Assembly (NCBI GenBank): GCA_963693365.1
Contig: CAVNZM010000062.1
Location: 1-22,107, forward strand
Direction of reading: 5' to 3'
DNA: 22,107 nt
Origin: Amoebidium appalachense
Taxonomy: Eukaryota > Protista > Ichthyosporea
In this document: positions 1 to 7,309 of the stretch, one piece after another
Position numbering within the stretch: position 1 is the stretch's first letter
How the letters are laid out: each line of letters begins with the position of its first letter
Notes under the pieces: model-generated
Database searches by the model: none
What the model was told of the DNA's origin: nothing
Seen by the model: the letters and a program-made list of their open reading frames with translations, nothing else
Translations under genes and position numbers: made by a program

Positions 1-350
1 ATTTACTCTGGACACAGCGCCAGCGCTGTATATTGCGGAGTACGACACCACTCTGAGGCACTCGGATTTTTAATGAAATCAATACACAGCACAAGCGCTG
101 CATACTATAAAGTGGCCGGACACAATAAAAACACATTTACTCTGGACACAGCGCCAGCGCTGTATATTGCGGAGTACGACACCACTCTGAGGCACTCGGA
201 TTTTTAATGAAATCAATACACAGCACAAGCGCTGCATACTATAAAGTGGCCGGACACAATAAAAACACATTTACTCTGGACACAGCGCCAGCGCTGTATA
301 TTGCGGAGTACGACACCACTCTGAGGCACTCGGATTTTTAATGAAATCAA
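1..350. repeat. 134-bp tandem repeat, ~2.6 copies (may extend left of the window)
   Basis: ATTTACTCTGGACACAGCGCC starts at 1, 135 and 269. Copies read as identical until divergence after 350. Each unit has the dyad ACAGCGC-CA-GCGCTGT (14-29). Confidence 0.97.
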
Positions 351-617
351 CTCCACGACACACAGCGCCAGCCAGCAAAAGAGAAGACAACTCCACGGAT
401 ACTGAAAGTTTTGTGAGGTACACGTACATGTTCGACAGCACGGTCACCACAGGCATTTTTATGTGATATCTATATGCAGTGTCGTTGCAAATATACACTG
501 GTACAATTTAATGAAGTCCGAACCGAATGCTAGGGAGAAAGAAGACAACTCCACGACACACACAGCGCCAGCCAGCAAAAGTGAAGACAACTCCACGACA
601 CACACACAGCGCCAGCC
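348..617. repeat. Dispersed/tandem ~42-bp repeat GAAGACAACTCCACGACACACACAGCGCCAGCCAGCAAAA
   Basis: Copies at ~348-397, 541-582 and 583-617. Shares ACACAGCGCCAGC with the 134-bp unit. Confidence 0.9.
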
Positions 618-3600
618 ATTGTGTGTGTGCAAAGATAGAGAGGGAAAGTGAACGTGTGTGCACGGGTCTCTTTTGCAGGGGCATACATGACAGGAAAGAG
701 GGAGAGGAAGAGGGAGGGGGGGGGGGGGGGGGGGGGGGTTGTGTGTGTGTGCAAAGATAGAGAGGGAAAGTGAACGTGTGTGCACGGGTCTCTTTTGCAG
801 GGGCATACATGACAGGAAAGAGGGAGAGGAAGAGGGAGGGGGGGGGGGGGGGGTTTGTGTGTGTGTGCAAAGATAGAGAGGGAAAGTGAACGTGTGTGCA
901 CGGGTCTCTTTTGCAGGGGCATACATGACAGGAAAGAGGGAGAGGAAGAGGGAGGGGGGGGGGGGGGGGGGGGGGGGGGTTGTGTGTGTGTGCAAAGATA
1001 GAGAGGGAAAGTGAACGTGTGTGCACGGGTCTCTTTGCAGGGGCATACATGACAGGAAAGAGGGAGAGGAAGGGAGGGGGGGGAGGGGGGGGGGGGGGGG
1101 GGGGTTGTGTGTGTGTGCAAAGATAGAGAGGGAAAGTGATCGTGCCCCAGATTTCACGCCCGATCAGGACAAGACGCTCCACCACGTCCCTGACACCCGA
1201 TATATGCCGAAACAACCCGTTTTCCGCCTCATCATCGTTAACCCCAGCTGATTTGAACATCCAGCTCACATGGGCCCTCGTCGTCCCGGCATGCACTCCC
1301 AAATCGTGGAGTTGCGACATCATCTCATCCAGAGTAGCATCCAAGTGCGGTGAGCCGTCTTCTCCCTGCATTGGCACGAACACGTTGCTTCGCAGAGAAT
1401 CTGTATAGCCTGCGAACTTTTCTCGTGTTGCCTTTTCAAGCTGCATGGGCTCACGCTGGGCGTCGGTCAGAGCGATCTGATCGACAACCAACTGTGCGAG
1501 CCCCACCAGGACCTTCACAATGGAAAGGAGATCATTGAAAGAGACAGATGGGGCCACGCCTATATGCTCCATTTCCATGACTATGCTTTCCAGTTGACTG
1601 CTCAAATTCTTTTTGGCTAGTAAAACCGCTTTGATGTAGTCCACTAGTTCACTGTTGTTCGCAATGTTTATGGTTTCGTGACCCCACTCGCTTTTCCGTA
1701 GCTCCAACATCACCTCCTCACACGGAGTGTTCTTCAGTATCAGTTCGTGATTTTGTACTCTCTCAACAGCGCTGGCTAGTTGTGCCTTGTACCAAGAACC
1801 TGAGGTGGCGCCAACGTTGTCAAGGCACTTGAACACAGCATTTGCGAGTGTTGCCGTGTAATTAACAACTTCAAGGACATCTGCCTCAGTCTGCTCGTCT
1901 TCCAGATTGACCGAAAGATAGCCTTGGGCTTGTAAAATGTTCATAATATCACCCACCAACGTGTAGTCCTTGTGTTGATATGTCATCGACGGAGGCTGCA
2001 GATTTTCGCCAATCAAAAACGTCAAGGTTTGGAAGGTCTTGTACACACCATCCCCGACGGAGTCAGGAGGGACTTTGGCCATCCATTCGCGGGGTATTAG
2101 TTGGAGTGCGTTGTCTATGCGCTGTCGAATGTTCTTAACGTCTTCATCGCATGAAGAAAGACGTTCCGCTGCCTTCCATAACTCCTGTGTGAGCGAAGCC
2201 TCACGGCCTGTAAGTGTTGTGATGACGTCAAAGATACCGGTTGTGTATTTCTTGAGTAGCCTCTCGACGTCGCCAGATTCATAAACCTTTAAATCCGCGT
2301 TATATGGATTCTCAAGGTGCTTAACGACAGACTGTAATGTAGCGAATAAATGCTCCACAGCAGCTTGTGTAGACAATCGTGCCAGTTTTTCATCCTTGGG
2401 AAACGTCCAAGTCCGGATTTTTGTCAGAAGCCCCTCTATGGCGTTAAGAGTAGCCATCTTTGTTTTTAGTTCTCCAATCAAGGGGCCCCAGTTTGGTTGA
2501 CCGAGTTTCTTGCCAGGATGCATGATCTGGTGTACCTGTCCTATAACTCTCAGTTCACCTTGGGCGGTCATCATATTTGTCAGTTGGGTGATGCCGTCAA
2601 GGACCATCCGCAGTTGACCTCCAACAGGTATGTCATCGTCCTTTCGAACCAGAGCCGCACGGATTAGAAGTTTGTTTATGGTTTCGAGTTTCTCCTCGAC
2701 GTGGTGCAACTTTTCTGATGTCGTTTTAATCCATGGCATCTTCTTTTTTCTGTCGGGGGGAGCCTCCGGATATTTTGCTTCCTCCTCCCCCAGGAGCCGT
2801 TTAAAGGATTCTTCTATCATGTCCGAGTATTCGGTCGTAACCATCGATTTTTCAATAAACCTCCTCTGCATCCAGTCAGTTATTTCCACCTTTTTCGACA
2901 AACCCGAGTACTCAAGGACATTGTTCCATACATCTCTATGTTCTGTATAATCATCAAATAGACGCTTTACGATTGCAACTGTGTGGTCCCACCCCGAATT
3001 TGGAGCGAATTGATGTGCGCCTCTTACAGCGTTGGATATGTCAGTTAGCGCCCTTTCGGCGGTTTGGAGCCGTTTGTTGTTCCCTTTCAACGTTTCTAAG
3101 ATCGTATCCGGGTGGATTGTGTCGCTTGGTTTTCCCCCATCGATGTAAACAACGTCTTTGATGTTGTCAATCAGGTATTCGCAAGGGCCTAGGGCCTGCT
3201 TGAGGCCTTCATTTTCTTGCTTCAGAATCTCGATCATGGCTGCGGACTCTTCGCGGCGTGAATATAGTCGGTCAACCTCAGCCCGTAACTCTTCCACGGT
3301 TTTCGTTTCTATGTAGGCCTGAGCCATCAACTGTTTTGCACGTTCATGGGGGCTCATGTGCAATTCTTCTACCTGGCCTTCCAGCGGTTTCCGCGCGTTA
3401 TTGAGCTCGCGGTTCTCTTGGAGGGCTTGCTCCAGTTTTTGGTTCAGGTCTTCGTTCTCTTTGTTCGCGCGGGTAATGTCATTTTGTAATCTAACCAGCT
3501 CTTCCTGAACTAAGCGCTGTAACTCTGCGCTCTTTTGAAACAGTTCTGCTTGTAACTCGGCGGTCCTTTGGGCAAGCTCTCTTTTGTCCTGATCGGCGCG

Positions 3601-4008
3601 CTGCAGGTCTGTGTTCTTTTGAAGCAGTTCTGCTTGTAACTCGGCGGTCCTTTGGGCAAGCTCTCTTTTGTCCTGATCGGCGCGCTGCAGGTCTGTGTTC
3701 TTTTGAAACAGTTCTGCTTGTAACTCGGTGTTCCTTTGGGCAAGCTCTCTTTTGTCCTGATCGGCGCGCTGCAGGTCTGTGTTCTTTTGAAACAGTTCTG
3801 CTTGTAACTCGGTGGTCCTTTGGGCAAGCTCTCTTTTGTCCTGACCGGCGCGCTGCAGGTCTGCGTTCTTTTGAAACAGTTCTGCTTGTAACTCGGCGGT
3901 CCTTTGGGCAAGCTCTCCTTTGTCCTGATCAGCGCGCTGTAGGTCGTTGGTGCGCACAGAAGAACTATCTTGGGACTCCAGGAAAGTTTTGTGAATGGTG
4001 GGCTCCAA
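508..4008 (-). CDS. Large alpha-helical/coiled-coil protein with five 28-aa repeats. True start is probably ATG 4422; the C-terminus (below 1140) runs into the repeat array and is unreliable.
   Basis: About 950 codons of protein-like sequence between 1140 and 4008, with a heptad-rich N-terminal third. The track start is TTG. The last ~210 codons are translated tandem repeat. Confidence 0.8.
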   Translation of the reverse strand: MEPTIHKTFLESQDSSSVRTNDLQRADQDKGELAQRTAELQAELFQKNADLQRAGQDKRELAQRTTELQAELFQKNTDLQRADQDKRELAQRNTELQAELFQKNTDLQRADQDKRELAQRTAELQAELLQKNTDLQRADQDKRELAQRTAELQAELFQKSAELQRLVQEELVRLQNDITRANKENEDLNQKLEQALQENRELNNARKPLEGQVEELHMSPHERAKQLMAQAYIETKTVEELRAEVDRLYSRREESAAMIEILKQENEGLKQALGPCEYLIDNIKDVVYIDGGKPSDTIHPDTILETLKGNNKRLQTAERALTDISNAVRGAHQFAPNSGWDHTVAIVKRLFDDYTEHRDVWNNVLEYSGLSKKVEITDWMQRRFIEKSMVTTEYSDMIEESFKRLLGEEEAKYPEAPPDRKKKMPWIKTTSEKLHHVEEKLETINKLLIRAALVRKDDDIPVGGQLRMVLDGITQLTNMMTAQGELRVIGQVHQIMHPGKKLGQPNWGPLIGELKTKMATLNAIEGLLTKIRTWTFPKDEKLARLSTQAAVEHLFATLQSVVKHLENPYNADLKVYESGDVERLLKKYTTGIFDVITTLTGREASLTQELWKAAERLSSCDEDVKNIRQRIDNALQLIPREWMAKVPPDSVGDGVYKTFQTLTFLIGENLQPPSMTYQHKDYTLVGDIMNILQAQGYLSVNLEDEQTEADVLEVVNYTATLANAVFKCLDNVGATSGSWYKAQLASAVERVQNHELILKNTPCEEVMLELRKSEWGHETINIANNSELVDYIKAVLLAKKNLSSQLESIVMEMEHIGVAPSVSFNDLLSIVKVLVGLAQLVVDQIALTDAQREPMQLEKATREKFAGYTDSLRSNVFVPMQGEDGSPHLDATLDEMMSQLHDLGVHAGTTRAHVSWMFKSAGVNDDEAENGLFRHISGVRDVVERLVLIGREIWGTITFPLYLCTHTQPPPPPPPPPPPFLSLFPVMYAPAKRPVHTRSLSLSIFAHTHNPPPPPPPPLPLPLPLSCHVCPCKRDPCTHVHFPSLSLHTHTNPPPPPSLFLSLFPVMYAPAKETRAHTFTFPLYLCTHTQPPPPPPPPPSSSPSFLSCMPLQKRPVHTRSLSLSIFAHTQWLALCVCRGVVFTFAGWRCVCRGVVFFLPSIRFGLH
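619..1139. repeat. ~120-bp tandem repeat with (GT)n and variable poly-G tract, 4 full + 1 partial copies
   Basis: AAAGATAGAGAGGGAAAGTGA at 631, 753, 869, 994 and 1119 (periods 122/116/125/125). Length differences lie mostly in the G run. Confidence 0.97.
3526..3945 (-). repeat. 84-bp coding tandem repeat x5 (LQRADQDKRELAQRTAELQAELFQKNTD)
   Basis: TTTTGAA(A/G)CAGTTCTGCTTGTAACTCGG recurs every 84 nt. 28 aa equals 4 heptads. Confidence 0.96.
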
Positions 4009-4176
4009 TGTTCTGGCACCTGCAGTGCACCAACCTTCTGCAGGTCGGAGAGTGAATGGCCAGGGTCGTTGTTTGTCTGTGTTTCCTGTCCCGTGTCTGT
4101 ATTTTCCTTTGGCTGAGGAGCAATGGGCATGGTTGTCTCTTGGGCTGCTGGTCCTGTACCTACATACCCCACGGAC

Positions 4177-4422
4177 TCAGCTTGGCTTGAACGCTGGTCG
4201 GTGTGTTGTCGAACCTGCTCGTGCCAAACCATCCTCCTCTGCGCGCACGGTTGTCTGTACCACGGGGGCAGGTTGTTCTGAAGAAAGTGGTTCTGGGGCC
4301 TCTGTCCGTGGTGCATCTGCCCTCCCCACAGACCCAAACGATTGAAACATCGGCACGGCATCGTCGCAGTCGTCCGTTGAATCTAGATCTATTGCGATAG
4401 CCGGCGGTGTTTGCTTATCCAT
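4177..4422 (-). CDS. Acidic/Pro-rich ORF (MDKQTPPAIAID...), probably the disrupted N-terminus of the coiled-coil gene
   Basis: ATG at 4422 is in the same frame as 508..4008 and separated from it by a single TGA (4177-4179). Confidence 0.55.
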   Translation of the reverse strand: MDKQTPPAIAIDLDSTDDCDDAVPMFQSFGSVGRADAPRTEAPEPLSSEQPAPVVQTTVRAEEDGLARAGSTTHRPAFKPS

Positions 4423-4462
4423 GTAGAGTGCAAACAAAAAAGCTAAAAACGGAATCGCTCAT

Positions 4463-4693
4463 TCATTTTTGCGAGAGCGCTGCCATCGCTTCTGCCTCCA
4501 ACAGCACTGCGGATGGCAGGGCTGGCGGCCTGCTTGGACACACGCCGCCAACTGGATGAATGCTCAGCGCAACCCCAAGACCCCTTCCCATCTCTACCCC
4601 CGTGTCCCCTACCTCCAGCCTGCTGGTAATACTCGCTAGCTCCGCCAGTGTGCGCCTCATGGCATCTGTGAGCCTTCGGTACTCGTCCGCCAT
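4463..4693 (-). CDS. Hypothetical protein, 76 aa
   Basis: ATG start and amphipathic-helix-like N-terminus. Tiles between neighbours without overlap. Confidence 0.55.
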   Translation of the reverse strand: MADEYRRLTDAMRRTLAELASITSRLEVGDTGVEMGRGLGVALSIHPVGGVCPSRPPALPSAVLLEAEAMAALSQK

Positions 4694-4732
4694 CTTGGTA
4701 TGTATTTGGATTTTTTTGTGTGCATAGCTTAC

Positions 4733-4972
4733 ATGTCAAAGTCGGGCCAGAACATACACAAGGACCTATACCGCAGGTACGTGGAAAACTATGAAGTTGA
4801 TGAGCCCGTGCTCAAGACCATCGTGGACCGGAAATTCACAATAGCAAAACACAAGGCTGCTGTTAACGCCCGCAGGGCAACAGGCCTCCCCCTTACATAT
4901 GACCCAGAGTCGGGAAGCTATCTCTATGGGGACTACAACCCCGCTAACACCCCTTACTCGTGCAAGCCCTAA
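4733..4972 (+). CDS. Hypothetical protein, 79 aa (MSKSGQNIHKDLY...)
   Basis: Protein-like composition. ATG at 4733 is preceded by ATTTTTTTG. An alternative ATG lies at 4700. Confidence 0.65.
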   Translation: MSKSGQNIHKDLYRRYVENYEVDEPVLKTIVDRKFTIAKHKAAVNARRATGLPLTYDPESGSYLYGDYNPANTPYSCKP

Positions 4973-5047
4973 ATGCAGCGAAATTAGAATTCTAGACCTA
5001 GTCTGCTTACACACATACATATGGCTTGGCCGCTGAGCTTTGCCTGT

Positions 5048-6127
5048 CTATGCCCTTGCGCGCTCATACCACAGGCGCACATCCTCAAGCCCCCCCAGCC
5101 GCCAGGGCGCAAACGCCACCACCTTCCGGTTGCCCTGGGCCCGCATGCACTGCTGGTCTTCGCACAGCAGGCGCACCCCGTCGGTGCCAAGCAGCAGCGC
5201 CACCCTGCGGGTCTGGTGCTGTGCCTGCTTGCCAGGACAATACCGGCAGTTTGTCTGCACCAGCAGCGCGTCGGGCCCCAGCGCCTTCCAGCTCTCTGCC
5301 TGAAGGACGATGTCGTCGGCCACGCCCAGCAGCCAGCCGGCAACACTCATGTCCGGAACGTCAACAAGCGCGCTGCGCATCACCCGCGAGCGCGACATCT
5401 TCCGTGGGGGGTGGGGGGTGGGCGGGCGGCTACGGTCATCCACACGCACCATGCACATGCCGATGGCAAGCTCCTTATCCGCCTGCAGGGCTGCAAGCTG
5501 CTTGCCGTCTCGAACAGCGAACGTGCCTTCGCCGTTCGCATTTTCCGTGACGCGGAACACATCCTCCAGGGTGTACTCGCGGCCCACGTGCTCGCGCATG
5601 GCCGCCTTGCTGCAGTACAGGACGCGCAGGGACCCCTCGTAGGGCGTGGGATCAAGGCTGTTTACCCAGGCGCCCGTGGTCAGCGAGCGCAGGGCATCAA
5701 GCAGATACCTTGCTGTAGGCGCGTCTGTCAGCAGTTCAGGCACGTGAACATGGTAGCCGCTCTTGTTACCTGCATGGCACGATGCAAAGATGATGGAGCT
5801 CCCACCAGGAATCACCGAAAGCGACGCCAGCGACTGGGCAATGTCGTTAACCAGCCCGGGGCGCATGTCCGGGGAAACCAGGGGAAGGTCCAGGTCAACA
5901 AAGAAGCGGAACCGTGGGGTCACAACCTCACAGAGATATTCGCGGTTGGCATCCTCGAACTCCTGGGCCAGGTACTTGGGAAGCCGGGCTGCCGCTTCAG
6001 GTGGGATGGTGTACTTGCCCCCACACATGCATACGTGCGTGGCCACCTCGTCAAAGCGGTACTTGGGAAGAATGCGCATGTGCAGCCGCGACATGTAGTG
6101 CTGCTTGACAATGGTTACCGCGTCCAT
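5048..6127 (-). CDS. Archaeo-eukaryotic primase/PrimPol of the NCLDV-herpes clade with C-terminal Zn ribbon
   Basis: THVCMCGGKY N-terminal motif; motif I RFFVDLD; motif II KSGYHVH; motif III DPTPYEGSLRVLYCSK; C-terminal C-x7-H-x17-C-x4-C (YCPGKQAQH...LLCEDQQC). First ATG is at 6127. Confidence 0.88.
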   Translation of the reverse strand: MDAVTIVKQHYMSRLHMRILPKYRFDEVATHVCMCGGKYTIPPEAAARLPKYLAQEFEDANREYLCEVVTPRFRFFVDLDLPLVSPDMRPGLVNDIAQSLASLSVIPGGSSIIFASCHAGNKSGYHVHVPELLTDAPTARYLLDALRSLTTGAWVNSLDPTPYEGSLRVLYCSKAAMREHVGREYTLEDVFRVTENANGEGTFAVRDGKQLAALQADKELAIGMCMVRVDDRSRPPTPHPPRKMSRSRVMRSALVDVPDMSVAGWLLGVADDIVLQAESWKALGPDALLVQTNCRYCPGKQAQHQTRRVALLLGTDGVRLLCEDQQCMRAQGNRKVVAFAPWRLGGLEDVRLWYERARA

Positions 6128-6194
6128 GACTAGTCTTGCACAGTCTGCTAACAAAAGGTTTTACAAACTGACTGAACTGGCTGAGAGTCAGTGA

Positions 6195-6414
6195 GCCGCT
6201 GATATAGAAGCGCAAGATCACAATGGAATGCAGCAAGACCCTCAAATTTGATTGGACCGCTTTTGCCGTGATTCGATTGGTTACTCGCACATTTTTTCAC
6301 GGTCTATCCGATTGGTCGGTTTTGATTGGATGGTCCATCTCCTCGATTACGATTGGATGACCGATCTTGCCCACTTTTGATAAGCCACATGGCCGTTTTT
6401 TGCGCGCCTGTTGT
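6195..6414. promoter_or_regulatory. Divergent promoter with five CCAATC boxes (minus strand) and a TATA-like CTATAT
   Basis: GATTGG at 6250, 6275, 6310, 6324 and 6351, between the head-to-head primase and NTase-RING genes. Confidence 0.7.
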
Positions 6415-7215
6415 ATGGAGACATCTGTGAACTTCGAGACTCGCATGCGCTTGTTTCAGGTCGTGGAATCCCAGATGGCTCTGATGGGCTGCACGGCAGT
6501 TCTGTTTGGGGGATTTCTTCGGAGGTTGGTGGCCGGGGAGCCCCTTGATTGCGACCTGGATGTGTATGCACAGCCGTACATGACACGCGCACACATGGAT
6601 CATCTGTGCACACTACTGGTCATGGTGGGGTGGTGCAGCTCATGGACGCTGCTACGACCCTTTGCAGAGTATGAGATAGGGGTCCGTCGGCTTCACATGA
6701 GCATCGATGGTGTGAGTTTCGGCCTGGATCTGGTGCCCTCCCCTCCACCAGGCGTAGACTTCGACGTCTGCAACCTTCAATATGCAAACAACACCCTGTC
6801 ATCACGCGTCCCCCCAGCCCCTCTTCTCACGACCATCTGGTCAGCACGCACACGCACGGCTTGCGCCATTCCCAACCCCCCCAGCACCGAAAAGCCCCCA
6901 CGTGCGCACAATGGACGTTTAGGTTATGATGTTCGTTTATTGAGGCGCCAAACCAAGCTGGCCAAGGCTGGTTACAGCGTTTGGGGTGCCTTCGATGTGG
7001 CGCCCCTTCCCGATGACGCTGTGTGCCCCATCAAGCTCGAGCACACCGATTTTGCCGTGACCTTGCATTGCGGGCACCGATTTGATGTTGCTCAGTTTCT
7101 GACGCTGCTCAGGGTTGTCTCCGGCGCCCGCTGTCCCATGTGCCGCGCCCACGTGGCCATTCTAAGGCGTACCGGCACCCCCGGCGCAGGGGCACGTGTT
7201 CGTGCGGCGGGTTAG
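6415..7215 (+). CDS. Pol-beta-superfamily nucleotidyltransferase (CCA-adding/poly(A) polymerase head-like) fused to a degenerate RING/SP-RING-like domain
   Basis: LFGGFLRR...DCDLDVY (GG + DxD), FGLDLV (third Asp), DFDVCNL; C-terminal CPIK...CGHRFD...FL...CPMCR. Confidence 0.8.
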   Translation: METSVNFETRMRLFQVVESQMALMGCTAVLFGGFLRRLVAGEPLDCDLDVYAQPYMTRAHMDHLCTLLVMVGWCSSWTLLRPFAEYEIGVRRLHMSIDGVSFGLDLVPSPPPGVDFDVCNLQYANNTLSSRVPPAPLLTTIWSARTRTACAIPNPPSTEKPPRAHNGRLGYDVRLLRRQTKLAKAGYSVWGAFDVAPLPDDAVCPIKLEHTDFAVTLHCGHRFDVAQFLTLLRVVSGARCPMCRAHVAILRRTGTPGAGARVRAAG

Positions 7216-7290
7216 TCAGTGGCGTCTGCGGCTCTTGCGGCGATGGCCGACGCGCTTTCTGCGGTAGCGCTTCCTGCGGAGTGTACTCAT
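7216..7290 (-). CDS. Protamine-like micro-protein MSTLRRKRYRRKRVGHRRKSRRRH (24 aa)
   Basis: Translated by hand: ATG 7290 to TGA 7216-7218; 11 Arg + 3 Lys of 24. Fits the gap between two genes with no overlap. Confidence 0.6.
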   Translation of the reverse strand: MSTLRRKRYRRKRVGHRRKSRRRH

Positions 7291-7309
7291 AGCTTCAGCG
7301 GTTGCAACG

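Noticed and set aside
1-1139. CRISPR array
   Set aside because: Units are contiguous tandem copies with no unique spacers, and there are no cas genes.
79-1251. ORFs inside the left repeat arrays (poly-Pro, CVCV etc.)
   Set aside because: They are translations of tandem repeats and homopolymers, open in several frames at once.
3510-4005. Alternative-frame repeat protein (TKESLPKGPPSYKQNCFK...)
   Set aside because: Shadow frame of the 84-bp coiled-coil repeat.
5021-6133. 370-aa plus-strand ORF
   Set aside because: Antisense shadow of the GC-rich primase gene, with no motifs.
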